Under the pieces are notes generated by a model. That model made no database searches and had not been told where the DNA came from. It saw only the letters and a program-made list of their open reading frames with translations. From positions 913 to 64,912 of the forward strand of contig JACPMZ010000010.1 of NCBI GenBank assembly GCA_016185705.1: a stretch of 64,000 bases of DNA, in the 5' to 3' direction. The position numbers and the translations under genes are program-made. Shown one piece after another: positions 18,845-29,035 of this stretch; positions within the stretch are counted from its first letter, which is position 1; the number at the start of each line of letters is the position of its first letter. This DNA is from Candidatus Woesearchaeota archaeon (GTDB lineage: Archaea; Nanobdellota; Nanobdellia; Woesearchaeales; UBA10216).

Positions 18845-20110
18845 ATGGTGAGCGACGACTTTTTTGGCAGTGCCTTGAAGCAGTTAGAGCAGGCCTTGGA
18901 GCATGCAAGCATTAGCTTGGAAGCCAAGAAAATTTTAATGCAGCCGAAGGCTGTGCTTGAAGTAAAGATTCCTGTGGGAATGGATGATGGGCGCGTGAAG
19001 ATTTTTACCGGGTTCAGGGTGAGGTATAATGACGCGTTAGGTCCTGCAAAGGGCGGAATCAGGTACCACCCCTTGGTCAGCCTGAATGAAGTGACTGCCT
19101 TGGCTTTTTTGATGACGCTTAAGTGCGCTGCTGTCGGAATCCCCTTTGGAGGGGCCAAGGGCGGCGTTGCGGTCGATCCGAAAAATCTTTCGCAACGCGA
19201 GCTGGAATCTTTAAGCAGAGGGTACGTGAGGGCGGTTTATGATTTTATCGGGCCGGACTCAGACATTCCGGCGCCTGACGTGTATACGAATGAGACGATT
19301 ATGGGCTGGATGTCGGATGAATATAACAGAATCTCCAGAAAGCTTGTGCCTGCCGCATTTACGGGCAAGCCGGTAAGTATAGGCGGAAGTCTGGGAAGAA
19401 ACACTGCAACGGCTATGGGTGCTTATTTTGTGCTGAAAGAGCTCATCAGGCAACTGAAGTTGAATGGAAAAGAGCTTACGGTTGCAGTGCAGGGTTTCGG
19501 CAATGCGGGCTATAACATTGCAAAGCTGCTCCATAATGACGGCTTAAAAATAGTGGCTGTAAGCGATTCCAAAGGAGGCGTTTATGCTCAGGGTGGCTTG
19601 CATCCGGATTCTGTTATGAAGGTTAAAGAGAGTAAGGGGATGATAGATGGCGTTTACTGCAGGGGGAGCGTTTGCGATGATATAGAGCATGCGCACATTA
19701 CTAACGAGCAGCTTCTGGAGGTAGATGCCGATATACTGATTCCGGCTGCCATTGAAGGCCAGATAACGGAAAAGAATGCTGGCAAAGTGAAAGCTAAAAT
19801 CGTGTGCGAGGTGGCAAACGGCCCAACGACTGCTGGCGCAGATAAAGTGCTGCATGAAAGGGGTGTTGCCGTTGTTCCTGATATTTTGGCAAATGCTGGA
19901 GGGGTGATGGTTAGCTATTTTGAATGGGTGCAGAACAGGGCTGGCCTTTACTGGAGTTCAGACGAGATTCGCGGCAGACTGGAAAGTGGGATGCTTAAGG
20001 CGTTCCGCGACATTTACGAGATGGCGCAGCAATTAAAGACCAGTATGAGAATGGCTGCATACGTCCACGCTGCCAAAAAAGTTGTTGAGGCGATGGCTCA
20101 TCGCAGCTGA
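18845..20110 (+). CDS. gdhA: Glutamate dehydrogenase (Glu/Leu/Phe/Val family)
   Basis: GPAKGGIRYHP, PFGGAKGG, DIPAPD, QGFGNAG, ANAGGV..SYFEWVQN. Confidence 0.94.
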   Translation: MVSDDFFGSALKQLEQALEHASISLEAKKILMQPKAVLEVKIPVGMDDGRVKIFTGFRVRYNDALGPAKGGIRYHPLVSLNEVTALAFLMTLKCAAVGIPFGGAKGGVAVDPKNLSQRELESLSRGYVRAVYDFIGPDSDIPAPDVYTNETIMGWMSDEYNRISRKLVPAAFTGKPVSIGGSLGRNTATAMGAYFVLKELIRQLKLNGKELTVAVQGFGNAGYNIAKLLHNDGLKIVAVSDSKGGVYAQGGLHPDSVMKVKESKGMIDGVYCRGSVCDDIEHAHITNEQLLEVDADILIPAAIEGQITEKNAGKVKAKIVCEVANGPTTAGADKVLHERGVAVVPDILANAGGVMVSYFEWVQNRAGLYWSSDEIRGRLESGMLKAFRDIYEMAQQLKTSMRMAAYVHAAKKVVEAMAHRS

Positions 20111-20152
20111 TAGAGCGAAAAGCTTGGGCAAGGTTAAGGAGGTGCTTACACA

Positions 20153-20479
20153 ATGAAGGAAACACCCTACAAGTTGTTTTTCAGGGCTGTCTCAAACAAA
20201 ACGAGGTGCGACATAGTGAGCCTTTTAATGAAAGGCCCGAAGAGCGTTACGCAGCTCTGCAGAAAGCTTGGCTTTGAGCAGAGCAGGGTTTCGCACAACC
20301 TTAAATGCCTTGAGATGTGCGGGTTTGTAAGCGGCAAGTACGAGGGAAAAAGCAGGGTATACTCTCTGACTCCGGAGGTAATGCAGGTGTTGAATGCCAT
20401 TGACAGGCATTTGGTTAAGTATCATGAGCATTTGAAATCATGCGGCGCTTTGGAGAATCACATGAAAGCCAAGCGATAA
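20153..20479 (+). CDS. ArsR/SmtB family regulator
   Basis: TRCDIVSLL...SVTQL...EQSRVSHNLKCLEMCGFV; GGAGGTG RBS. Confidence 0.9.
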   Translation: MKETPYKLFFRAVSNKTRCDIVSLLMKGPKSVTQLCRKLGFEQSRVSHNLKCLEMCGFVSGKYEGKSRVYSLTPEVMQVLNAIDRHLVKYHEHLKSCGALENHMKAKR

Positions 20480-20505
20480 AAAAAATTGCAGGAGGTGGAT
20501 GAAAA

Positions 20506-20574
20506 ATGGCGAAAGACAAAACGTGCGGCTGCGGTTCGGGAAAGAAGGAAAAGGACTGCTGCGGAAGCGGCTAA
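20506..20574 (+). CDS. 22-aa stand-alone SEC-C-motif peptide
   Basis: MAKDKTCGCGSGKKEKDCCGSG matches CxCGSGKKxKxCC; GGAGGTGG RBS 7 nt upstream. Confidence 0.72.
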   Translation: MAKDKTCGCGSGKKEKDCCGSG

Positions 20575-20605
20575 GTTTGAGTTGCAAACTATGGAGGTGA
20601 TTTGC

Positions 20606-20641
20606 ATGTGCGGAACTTGTGGCGATGGCGGAGGCGCTTAA
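20606..20641 (+). CDS. 11-aa CxxC micropeptide (tentative)
   Basis: MCGTCGDGGGA preceded by a perfect GGAGGTGA RBS. Confidence 0.4.
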   Translation: MCGTCGDGGGA

Positions 20642-20799
20642 GCGCTTCCAGCCCAATCTGCCTTATGCTTACAGATTCAATAAAAGCAGGACAGGAAAAG
20701 GTGGAAAGGAATGAAAAACGTATTGATTGTGGTTTTGGCAAAGGTACATTGAGGAGTATTACGAAGTTCCTTTTGATTAATGACATGGAGGCGATAAGA

Positions 20800-21039
20800 A
20801 TGGCAAAAGTAAAGGTTTACAGCACACCAACATGCCCTTGGTGCAAGAAGACAAAAGAGCTGCTGAATGAGAACAGCATCGGTTTTGAGGACATTAATGT
20901 TGCTGCGGACTCTAAAGCGGCGCAGGAGATGTTCAGGAAGTCCGGACAGATGGGCGTTCCGGTGACTGACATTGACGGTCAGATAATTGTCGGATTTGAC
21001 AAGCTAAAGTTGAAACAGCTGTTGAAAATCAGCGGATGA
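20800..21039 (+). CDS. Glutaredoxin/NrdH-like protein
   Basis: VYSTPTCPWC, SGQMGVPV, IVGFD; GGAGG RBS. Confidence 0.92.
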   Translation: MAKVKVYSTPTCPWCKKTKELLNENSIGFEDINVAADSKAAQEMFRKSGQMGVPVTDIDGQIIVGFDKLKLKQLLKISG

Positions 21040-21070
21040 AGAAAAGAAATACTTGTTGCCAGTGGGTGTC

Positions 21071-21202
21071 ATGATGAAAGAGGTGGTGCGCTTGGCCTGT
21101 GAGGTTTGCATTGAGGGAGAGAAGGGCAGAATCTGCATTGACATCTGTAAATTCATGGAGACAGGCAGGATGGAGTGCAGGTTCAGGGAAAGGCTACTTT
21201 GA
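21071..21202 (+). CDS. 43-aa Cys-rich microprotein (tentative)
   Basis: [43 protein letters not shown], five Cys. Confidence 0.4.
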   Translation: MMKEVVRLACEVCIEGEKGRICIDICKFMETGRMECRFRERLL

Positions 21203-23788
21203 TGCGTCAAAGTAGCCTTTTGCCCTGTAACTTTTCATGAGCAGCGAGTTGCTCAGCACGCTCACTGAGCTGAATGCCATGGCAATCCCTGCTATTATCG
21301 GATTCAGCAAAAAGCCTGTGAACGGGAACAGGATGCCTGCTGCTATCGGGATTCCTGCGGTGTTGTAAAAGAATGCCCAGAAGAGGTTCTGCTTGATTTT
21401 TTTCAGGGCGTAATTGCTCAAATCAATGGCTGTAACTACGTCTCTTAAGTCGTTTTTCACCAAAACAACATCGCCTGTCTCTATCGCCACGTCTGTGCCG
21501 GAGCCGATAGCTATTCCAATATCTGCCTGCGCAAGCGCAGGCGCATCATTTATGCCGTCTCCAACCATTGCCACTTTCAGCCCTTTTTCCTGCAGCTTCT
21601 TTATCTCGTTTTCCTTCTCTTCCGGAAGCACTTCCGCAAGCACTTCGTCTATTCCGAGCTGTCTTGCAATGGCTGCTGCTGTTTTCCTGTTATCGCCTGT
21701 TATCATCATTACTTTTTTTCCCATTTTGTGCAGCTGCTCAACTGCTTCTTTTGAATAGTCTTTTATCGTATCAGCTACAGCTATCACTCCGGATATTTTC
21801 TTCCCTGTGGCTACGAGCATTACTGTTTTGCCTGCTTTCTCAAGCTTTTGTATGGAGCTCTCAGCGTTTTTTGTGTCAATGCTGAACTGTTCCATCAGCT
21901 TTCTGTTGCCTACGAGAATTTTTTTCCCGTTTGAGACTGCTGTCACGCCTTTTCCGGTAACAGAGTTGAAGTTTGTGATTCGCAGCAGCTTTAGCTCTTT
22001 CTTTTCAGCGGCTTTTACAATAGCCGTGCTTAACGGGTGCTCTGATTTTTTTTCAACAGCTGCTGCCAGTTTCAGTATTTCATTCCTGCTGCCGTTGAAT
22101 GCTGCCACTTCAGTTACTTCAGGCGTCCCTTTTGTAAGCGTCCCTGTCTTGTCAAAGATTATTGTGTCAACTTTTCCTGTTTTCTGCAGCGCCTCTGCAG
22201 TCTTGAAAAGTATCCCGTTTTGCGCTCCTATCCCTGAGCCGACCATTATTGCTGTTGGCGTTGCCAGGCCAAGGGCGCATGGGCAGGCAATTATAAGAAC
22301 TGCAATAAATATCGTAAGGGCAAAAACAAAGCCAAAGCCGAGCGCATACCATAATAAGAACGAAATTATGCCGATAACGACCACTGCCGGGACAAAGTAT
22401 GAGGAGATTGCGTCTGCAAGTTTCTGGATGGGCGCTTTGCTTCCCTGCGCCTCCTCGACAAGCTTTATTATCTGGGCAAGGACAGTGTCTTTTCCTACTT
22501 TCGTTGCCCTGAATGTAAAGCTGCCTGTCTTGTTTATTGATGCTCCGACAACGCTGCTGCCTTTTGCTTTCTCTACAGGGATGCTCTCCCCTGTAACCAT
22601 TGACTCGTCAACAGAGGAGTGGCCTTCAACAATAACTCCGTCAACAGGGATTTTCTGGCCTGGCTTGACTATAACTGCATCCCCCACAGCTACTTCATCA
22701 ACATTTACTTCAACCTCTTTTCCTTTCCTCAGAACAATTGCCTTTTTTGCCTGCAGTCCGAGAAGCTTCTTTATCGCTTCTGAAGTTCTGCCCCTTGCAA
22801 CTGCTTCCAGGTATCTGCCAAGCAAAATGAACATTATCAGCAGCCCTGCAATTTCGTAATAGAGGCTGCTGTGGCCGTAGTCTGCATTGCCGCTCCATAT
22901 GATGGCTGACACGGCAAGGCTGTAAAGGTATGCTGCTCCTGTTCCGGCTGCTATGAGCGTGTCCATGTTTGCAGTTCTGGTGCGTATAACTGCGGAAATC
23001 CCCTTGGTGAAGAATTCGTAGCCTGCAAGCATTATCGGGGTTGTGAGGAGGAACTGGATTAAGGCAATGTTTTCCTCAGCAAATGCAGGTATTGGCATGC
23101 CGAATGCTGAGCCCATGGCAAAGTAAAGCAGCGGCAGCCCCAAAACAGCAGAAATCAGAAGCTTGATTTTCAGTATCCTTGTCTCTTTTTCTCTGGCTGC
23201 TTTTTCAGCATCCAAATCCTCGCTGAATTTTTCCGGCTCATAGCCCGCATTTCTTATCGTTTTCATTATTTTTTCAAGCGTGACTTGTTTTGGCTCATAA
23301 TTCACTACAGCCCGTTCAATGGCAAAACTGGCGTCCACTTTCAGCACTCCAGGCTGCTTTTTCAGGGCTGATTCAACGATTCCTGCGCAGTGCTGCGAGG
23401 ACATGCCTCTCACTTTCAGGGCAACTTCAGCGGCTTTTCCGGCAGGCGCTTTTATGACTTCGTAGCCGCTTTTCTTCACCGCATCCTCCAGCGCCGCATC
23501 GCTGACTTTTGAGCCGTCGTATTCAACAGAAGCTTTTTCAGAGGCATAATTTACGCTGGCGCTGATGACTCCGGGAATTTTTTTAATCTCTTTCTCAATT
23601 TTCACAGCGCAGGAAGCGCAGTGCATTCCCTTCAGGGGCAGTATTTTTTTGGTTGCCGCCCTTTTTCCAAGAAAGCTGTCGTAGCACTGTTTGCTGCAAA
23701 AAAAGTATTTCTTCCCGTTCTTTGCGGCAGAAAACCTGGCTTTTTTATCGTCAACTTCCATTCCGCACACAGGGTCTTTCGCGCTCAT
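21194..23788 (-). CDS. copA: Cu(I)-translocating P1B-type ATPase with YHS/TRASH and two HMA domains
   Basis: DPVCGM, GMHCASC, degenerate [29 protein letters not shown] and MAFSS motifs. Confidence 0.95.
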   Translation of the reverse strand: MSAKDPVCGMEVDDKKARFSAAKNGKKYFFCSKQCYDSFLGKRAATKKILPLKGMHCASCAVKIEKEIKKIPGVISASVNYASEKASVEYDGSKVSDAALEDAVKKSGYEVIKAPAGKAAEVALKVRGMSSQHCAGIVESALKKQPGVLKVDASFAIERAVVNYEPKQVTLEKIMKTIRNAGYEPEKFSEDLDAEKAAREKETRILKIKLLISAVLGLPLLYFAMGSAFGMPIPAFAEENIALIQFLLTTPIMLAGYEFFTKGISAVIRTRTANMDTLIAAGTGAAYLYSLAVSAIIWSGNADYGHSSLYYEIAGLLIMFILLGRYLEAVARGRTSEAIKKLLGLQAKKAIVLRKGKEVEVNVDEVAVGDAVIVKPGQKIPVDGVIVEGHSSVDESMVTGESIPVEKAKGSSVVGASINKTGSFTFRATKVGKDTVLAQIIKLVEEAQGSKAPIQKLADAISSYFVPAVVVIGIISFLLWYALGFGFVFALTIFIAVLIIACPCALGLATPTAIMVGSGIGAQNGILFKTAEALQKTGKVDTIIFDKTGTLTKGTPEVTEVAAFNGSRNEILKLAAAVEKKSEHPLSTAIVKAAEKKELKLLRITNFNSVTGKGVTAVSNGKKILVGNRKLMEQFSIDTKNAESSIQKLEKAGKTVMLVATGKKISGVIAVADTIKDYSKEAVEQLHKMGKKVMMITGDNRKTAAAIARQLGIDEVLAEVLPEEKENEIKKLQEKGLKVAMVGDGINDAPALAQADIGIAIGSGTDVAIETGDVVLVKNDLRDVVTAIDLSNYALKKIKQNLFWAFFYNTAGIPIAAGILFPFTGFLLNPIIAGIAMAFSSVSVLSNSLLMKSYRAKGYFDASK

Positions 23789-23836
23789 TTGTTCAGTCTT
23801 CTGGCTGTATTTACGGCAATTTATATAAATATGCAG

Positions 23837-23929
23837 TTATTTGCTGAGTTTCAGCTTAACACCGCACATGCTGCACTTTCCTGGAGCTTTGTATTCCATT
23901 CCGCATTCAGAACATTTGTATTTTGTCAT
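23837..23929 (-). CDS. 30-aa metal-binding peptide (CxxC...PGKCxxCG)
   Basis: MTKYKCSECGMEYKAPGKCSMCGVKLKLSK, directly upstream of copA. Confidence 0.7.
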   Translation of the reverse strand: MTKYKCSECGMEYKAPGKCSMCGVKLKLSK

Positions 23930-23949
23930 TTTTCCTGCAATTTGCTATT

Positions 23950-23991
23950 TAGCAAATCCCGCAAAAGTTCAAAAATTATCGGGATTTGCTA
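23950..23991. repeat. Family B hairpin
   Basis: TAGCAAATCCCG-N18-CGGGATTTGCTA. Confidence 0.7.
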
Positions 23992-24010
23992 TTATAAAGT
24001 CCATCAACAG

Positions 24011-24307
24011 TCAGGACACATCCCTGTGCGTTTCGTACATGAATGAAGCGTTTCGGTCATGCTTTTTCAGATATCCGGTTATTTGCCTGTGGAGTTGATG
24101 CGAAGTTACAGCTTTCCTGTCATCAATCCATTTGCGCAAATCTTTGCAGACTTCTGCTGCCGCTTTTTCTGCGGTCAGCTCTGTTTGGTGTGCAGCCAGG
24201 CAGGCAGCATATACTGACGCATATGCCTTTCTTTCGTCAAATTTTTCTCTGTGGCCGTGGCGCTTCACTACATGAATTTCCTTTTTTGCTGTTTTTTTCT
24301 TTGCCAT
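24011..24307 (-). CDS. Stand-alone ATP-cone domain protein
   Basis: VVKRHGHREKFDERK...VTSHQLHRQI. Confidence 0.82.
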   Translation of the reverse strand: MAKKKTAKKEIHVVKRHGHREKFDERKAYASVYAACLAAHQTELTAEKAAAEVCKDLRKWIDDRKAVTSHQLHRQITGYLKKHDRNASFMYETHRDVS

Positions 24308-24308
24308 T

Positions 24309-25019
24309 TTAGCCGAAGTTGATTGTTCCGTTTGCTATCAGCATGAGCAGGAAGCCCATGGAAATCAGCAGCAGGCCTACAATAAGCCGCATGAATCCGC
24401 GGTAGTCCTGTTTCCATTTTTTAACCTTGTAAAGTTTGGTTCCTGTGGCTACAAGCATTAGTATGACTATCAGGGGCGCTACAAATATTATGTTGTACAG
24501 TATAAGCAGCATGAAAGCAGTAAAGTCAAAATACTGCGATAAGAGGGTTATGATCGCAAGGTACGGCGCGCCTGTGCATGGAAGCTCAACCACAGACACA
24601 AATGCGCCAAGGAGAATTATTCCGGGCACGGTTGTTTTTGAAGCGTGCTGATGCATCCTTTTTGCAAAGACCGAAGGAATTTGCAAAGAAAACCATTTTC
24701 CATACCAAAAATAGTCTTTAATCTCAATCAGCCCGGCAATTATTATTATCAGCCCAACGGCTATTGACAGGTATTCTGTCAAGTACAGGGGTATGCTTGA
24801 AAAAAGATATACAAGCCCGAGGCCTGCTATCAGATAAACTGCAAACACAGCCAATATGTATAAGCTGCCCAGTGCAAGCATGCGCTTCATGGAGCTTTTT
24901 CCGGCAAGCAGAACAGAAATCATTAAGATTAAAACTCCTATTGCGCAAGGATTAATTGAGTCAATGACTGCTGTAATCACTACAGTTCCTAACGCGGGAA
25001 GATATGCTTCAACTGCCAC
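24309..25019 (-). CDS. CcdA/DsbD-like (GAP-like) membrane protein
   Basis: IDSINPCAI and VELPCTGAPY motifs, about six TM segments. Confidence 0.82.
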   Translation of the reverse strand: MAVEAYLPALGTVVITAVIDSINPCAIGVLILMISVLLAGKSSMKRMLALGSLYILAVFAVYLIAGLGLVYLFSSIPLYLTEYLSIAVGLIIIIAGLIEIKDYFWYGKWFSLQIPSVFAKRMHQHASKTTVPGIILLGAFVSVVELPCTGAPYLAIITLLSQYFDFTAFMLLILYNIIFVAPLIVILMLVATGTKLYKVKKWKQDYRGFMRLIVGLLLISMGFLLMLIANGTINFG

Positions 25020-25899
25020 TCAGTTCACCCCTTGCAGCAGCCAGCCGGTATGTTTCGCATATGTTTTCTGTAGAATCCTTTTCCTCACCAAATTCCACAA
25101 TTATGCAGTCTCCTGGAGGAACGTTTGGCTCCGGGGATAAAACATAATTTTCAAAATCATCCGGTTTTATCTGCTCGTAAACCCATTTTTTCCGCTGGTC
25201 AGGATTCTTGACCTTGTACAGGAATACCTGTAGTTTCCCCTGCTTTCCGTCGCACAAGTCGCCATTTGCCATCTCAACCAGCCCTTCATTTGTAGGAATT
25301 GACATGGAATCAGCATTAAGTTCAGCTCCGATAACATGGAAAAAATTGTGCAGGGCAACATCTCCATCATCAACAACAACGCCTTCCACGTGAATGCGGT
25401 TATCGCCGTGCTCATGGAAAGTGGAAGATCCTACTCTGTTCTCAAATCCGTGAGGGTCGGTCAAATCAAGCTTTTCTCCGCAATTGTATATTTCAAAATC
25501 CGCATGCCAATGGACCGGCCCTTTGGTCTGTGAAGCCAGGTTAAGATAGATGGTGGAGCCTGCTGTGTAAGCTGCTGCTGATACAGTAACAAGCACTATC
25601 AAAGAGAACAGAACCATCTTTATGGAGTTGCTGTTCTTCATAGTCTTAGTGCCGAAAGTGGCCATTAATATCAGAATCGCAATAACTGACAAGGCATATG
25701 CCACGACCTTTAGCGTGCTTAGCTTGACAGATTCCTCCAGTCCTGCAGATACAGACTCCTCAGCATGCTCTTCATCTGAGTGTTCATCTCCCTCCTGATG
25801 TTCGGAAACCGCTTCATCGCTGTGCGCTGATGCTGCGATTAATACCATCAGGAAAATAAGCGGAAAAAGCAGTATTTTTATGAAGCTGAAATGGTTCAT
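25009..25899 (-). CDS. Membrane protein with His/Glu-rich N-terminus and HxH-family domain
   Basis: Signal, HSDE repeats, two TMs, VHWHADF...HEHGDNRIH. Confidence 0.75.
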   Translation of the reverse strand: MNHFSFIKILLFPLIFLMVLIAASAHSDEAVSEHQEGDEHSDEEHAEESVSAGLEESVKLSTLKVVAYALSVIAILILMATFGTKTMKNSNSIKMVLFSLIVLVTVSAAAYTAGSTIYLNLASQTKGPVHWHADFEIYNCGEKLDLTDPHGFENRVGSSTFHEHGDNRIHVEGVVVDDGDVALHNFFHVIGAELNADSMSIPTNEGLVEMANGDLCDGKQGKLQVFLYKVKNPDQRKKWVYEQIKPDDFENYVLSPEPNVPPGDCIIVEFGEEKDSTENICETYRLAAARGELSGS

Positions 25900-25996
25900 T
25901 GCCGCAGCAGAATTTCCATACACCACTTTTGCACCCTGTAGCTGAATAACCGTGAATAACTAAAGGTAAGGGGACTTTATAAAAGTACCGATTTTA

Positions 25997-26138
25997 GGTA
26001 ATTTCAAGTTAAGTGGCAAAACCATCGCACACTGCTCTGATTTTTTTCTCCCCCCTTAAAAAATAAGGGGGGAGAAAAAAATCAGCCAAGCAGGCATCGG
26101 CAAGCTCAGGATTGCAGGACACACAACTTGACATTATC
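25997..26138. mobile_element. MITE-like element, family A copy 3, perfect 8-bp target-site duplication, central palindrome 26037-26085
   Basis: TIRs GGTAATTTCAAGTT / AACTTGACATTATC; CGATTTTA on both flanks (25989-25996, 26139-26146). Confidence 0.85.
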
Positions 26139-26272
26139 CGATTTTATGCAGCAGTAGTGGTTTATAGAAGTAGTGCCGGCATTTGCAGTGGTGTTTGCAG
26201 CATTCTATGCTGTATCTTGGAGTGCCTGGCGTTTGCTGCCTGACCAATCCTTTAAAGCTGGATGCTGAGTTA

Positions 26273-26383
26273 TAGGAAATAACCTTGATTTTCGTATGTT
26301 TTGAAATGATTGTAAGGTTATTTCCTAATAAGCAAATCACTTATTCGTTAGGAACAAAATTCCGATTATTAAAGTGATTTGCT
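26273..26383. repeat. Two tandem family B hairpins
   Basis: TAGGAAATAACCTT-N27-AAGGTTATTTCCTA and AGCAAATCACTT-N29-AAGTGATTTGCT. Confidence 0.7.
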
Positions 26384-26387
26384 ATAA

Positions 26388-27143
26388 TCATCGGTCATGC
26401 TTTCCGAATTTTTCTATTTTTCTTTTCGCTGACTTAAGGTGCCTGCCGGTCTTTTGGGCTGCAACTGCGTACTTGTCAGCTTCCCTCTCCTCTTTTTCCA
26501 GAGATTCAGAAGCGCTTATGAACATTGACAAAGGCGTGAACATCCTGAGCAGGTTTGCCGAAAATTTCCAGAAGTAAGCCCTGCTTCTGTGATGGCTCAG
26601 CTCGTGCAGCAGCACTGCCTCAACCTCCTTTTTAGAAAGAGCTTCCGAAAGCCCTGCGGACACGAATATGGCGGGCTTCAGGTTTGTTATGGAATACGCC
26701 ACAGGCATTGCCTCATTCAGCGAATAAACTTTGGGCTCCTTTATCTTAAGCTCTTTAGACTTCTCCGCAACCAGCTGCTTCATAAAGCCAGCATCCACAA
26801 CTTTGCTCCTGCTTGACCAGTTGTACAGGAACGGCAGAGCAGCAAAGCCCAGAGCTGCTGCTGCCAGGCCTGCAAGGGGCGTGAAAAGCATGAACATCTT
26901 TGGGCTGCAGCTCATGACAGGCATCAGGCACTTCCATGTGAATGCTGAAAACACAAACGGAAAAATCAGAAAAATTACATGCGCTGCAAGAAAGTTTATC
27001 TTAAGCCGTATGCTTTCCGAATTTTTGAAAAGAGCATAAAACAGCCCGGAAGCGAGCAGGGAAAAAGCGAGCGCGTAAAAGCTGATTGGGTTGTGAATGA
27101 GGTTGTTGAAGTACACGTTCCACATAAGCAGCTGCTCAATCAT
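26388..27143 (-). CDS. M56/M48 (BlaR1-like) membrane metallopeptidase
   Basis: N-terminal TMs, AVLLHELSH, EREADKYA; coupled to the BlaI-like gene. Confidence 0.85.
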   Translation of the reverse strand: MIEQLLMWNVYFNNLIHNPISFYALAFSLLASGLFYALFKNSESIRLKINFLAAHVIFLIFPFVFSAFTWKCLMPVMSCSPKMFMLFTPLAGLAAAALGFAALPFLYNWSSRSKVVDAGFMKQLVAEKSKELKIKEPKVYSLNEAMPVAYSITNLKPAIFVSAGLSEALSKKEVEAVLLHELSHHRSRAYFWKFSANLLRMFTPLSMFISASESLEKEEREADKYAVAAQKTGRHLKSAKRKIEKFGKHDR

Positions 27144-27502
27144 TTTTTTGCCCTGCCTTCCAGCGCTTCGTTAAAGTACACTATTGCTTTGGAGCCGAAC
27201 TTGTCAACCAAGGAATCAACCACTTTCTCCACAGCGTTTCTTTCAAACATTTCCCTGTCCTTCTCCAGCGCGTACACAAACCGGATTCCTCCTCTGGCAG
27301 TTTCAACTTCCCTTTTGACAAGCCCTTTCCTGAACAGCCTGTCCATAATCACCGAAACGCTGCTCTTGGAAGCTCGCCCCCTGACTATCATGTATATGTC
27401 CTTTGCCCGATACTTTTTGCCGGGCTTCAGAGCCATTATTATTCGGCTTTCCAGCGGGCTTAAAGAATCAGCCACTTCAGCCACGCCTTTCATAAGCCGC
27501 AT
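27140..27502 (-). CDS. BlaI/MecI/CopY family repressor
   Basis: LSPLESRIIMAL...SSVSVIMDRLFRKGLVKRE...FVY. Confidence 0.88.
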   Translation of the reverse strand: MRLMKGVAEVADSLSPLESRIIMALKPGKKYRAKDIYMIVRGRASKSSVSVIMDRLFRKGLVKREVETARGGIRFVYALEKDREMFERNAVEKVVDSLVDKFGSKAIVYFNEALEGRAKK

Positions 27503-27528
27503 GTGCCATTCGGGTATAAATACTTTTC

Positions 27529-27546
27529 GCTACAAATTCTTGTAGC
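27529..27546. promoter_or_regulatory. Candidate BlaI/CopY operator
   Basis: GCTACAA-ATTC-TTGTAGC (TACA...TGTA half sites) between two divergent TATA boxes. Confidence 0.6.
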
Positions 27547-27588
27547 TATTGGAAAAGTTTAAATACAGGAACGAAAACACAGTTTTTA

Positions 27589-28806
27589 ATGATTGGACTT
27601 GGCGAAGAAAAGAAGGAAAACATGCTCTCAACTTCTGTAAAAATCCTGAAGCAGAAGGAAAGCAGAAAGGCCCTTCTGGTTAGTGCAGCTGTTTTTCTGA
27701 TACTTTACAGCTTTGTGTATGGCTTTTGGAAAATACCGGTGATAGATTTCGGAATCAACAGGCTTTCCCAAATAGGATTTCCCGATTACCTGTTTGCCAT
27801 TGCTGTTGCCGCACTTTCCTCAGTTTTTGTGTCGCTGTTCCTGTACGAGAGAAGAAGCAGGCTTGCTTCAGCATCGTCCATCGGCGGAATGGGCGGGGGC
27901 TTTGCCGGATTTGTTGGCGCAGTGTGCCCTGTATGCCAAAGCATAGGAGTGGTTGCTTTTGGAAGCACCCTGCTTAACATTCCCACAGCTTTTTTAACTC
28001 CTTACCTTGGCTTCCTGAAATTTGCCGCCATCGGACTGCTTGGACTGTCTGTTTACCTGAAGGCGGACAGCATCCACACTAAAAAGTGCCGCGCGTGCAA
28101 AGTGAAAATCACCGGCAGTTCACACAAAAAAGAGCCATTCCTGCTGAGAAACAGGTTTGCTTTCGGAGCAATAGTGGCGCTGGTGCTGCTTGCAGGACTG
28201 AACAACATGCTCATACCAAAGGCATTCGCAGCATCGCCATCCGGCAGCTGGCAGACGGCAAGCCTCGGAGCGTTTGAATACGGACCGAAAACAACGCTGA
28301 AGCCCATGCCCCTCGCACATGAAGAGCAGCCCGCAATACCCGGCTACAGGTCAAAGGTCAAGCCGCTGCCAACTATAAGCGAGCTGCAAATGAAGCCTTT
28401 AACAGGCGATGCTGCGCAGGACGTGCTCAACAACATAGTCCCCGTAGGAACGCCGTGGTACGGGCTGCAGGCAGGAGTGAGCTTTGACGACCCCATCGCA
28501 GCCCAAAACCTGTGGGCAAAAGGCAGAGCAATACAGCTAAGCCCTGAAGAGGAGCAGCGCTGGAACAGGATTGCGAACTCATTTACATGCGATTACTGCT
28601 GCGGCAGCCCACAAAACCCGACCATCATAACCAGATGCGGCTGCGCACACTCGTCAGCCGCTCAGGGCATGGCAAGATGGTTTATCAAAAACTACGGCGG
28701 CAGCTATTCCGACGAGGAAATATACGGGGAAATGGCAAGATGGTATGCCCTCTGGTATCCAGGCCCCACAATCAAGAGGATACTGCAGGAAGCGCAGGCA
28801 ACATGA
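27589..28806 (+). CDS. Membrane protein with GAVCPVC motif and Cys-rich C-terminal domain
   Basis: Five hydrophobic segments, CPVC, CRAC, CDYCCG...CGCAH. Confidence 0.78.
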   Translation: MIGLGEEKKENMLSTSVKILKQKESRKALLVSAAVFLILYSFVYGFWKIPVIDFGINRLSQIGFPDYLFAIAVAALSSVFVSLFLYERRSRLASASSIGGMGGGFAGFVGAVCPVCQSIGVVAFGSTLLNIPTAFLTPYLGFLKFAAIGLLGLSVYLKADSIHTKKCRACKVKITGSSHKKEPFLLRNRFAFGAIVALVLLAGLNNMLIPKAFAASPSGSWQTASLGAFEYGPKTTLKPMPLAHEEQPAIPGYRSKVKPLPTISELQMKPLTGDAAQDVLNNIVPVGTPWYGLQAGVSFDDPIAAQNLWAKGRAIQLSPEEEQRWNRIANSFTCDYCCGSPQNPTIITRCGCAHSSAAQGMARWFIKNYGGSYSDEEIYGEMARWYALWYPGPTIKRILQEAQAT

Positions 28807-28816
28807 GGTGAAAAAA

Positions 28817-29020
28817 ATGGAACGAAAAGAGATTTTGCTGATGGTGCTCATCGGCTTTTTAGTGCTGACAACATCAGTCCAGGCAGTGCAGCTGGTAACG
28901 CTGGGCAGCAGCTCAGTTACGTCTGCAGCCGGAAGCAGCGCTGCTCCCCAGGCAGTTTCTGGAGCAGTTGCAGCGCCTTCAAGCCTTGACAACCTGCCAT
29001 CAATGGTAGGCGGCTGCTGA
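28817..29020 (+). CDS. 67-aa membrane-anchored protein ending MVGGC
   Basis: GAGGTGA RBS, one TM, Ala/Ser linker, terminal LPSMVGGC. Confidence 0.75.
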   Translation: MERKEILLMVLIGFLVLTTSVQAVQLVTLGSSSVTSAAGSSAAPQAVSGAVAAPSSLDNLPSMVGGC

Positions 29021-29035
29021 CGCTGGTGGTTTTGC

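Noticed and set aside
20602..20799. N-terminal extension of the glutaredoxin ORF
   Set aside because: The glutaredoxin fold starts at ATG 20800 with its own GGAGG RBS; the upstream part holds other micro-ORFs.
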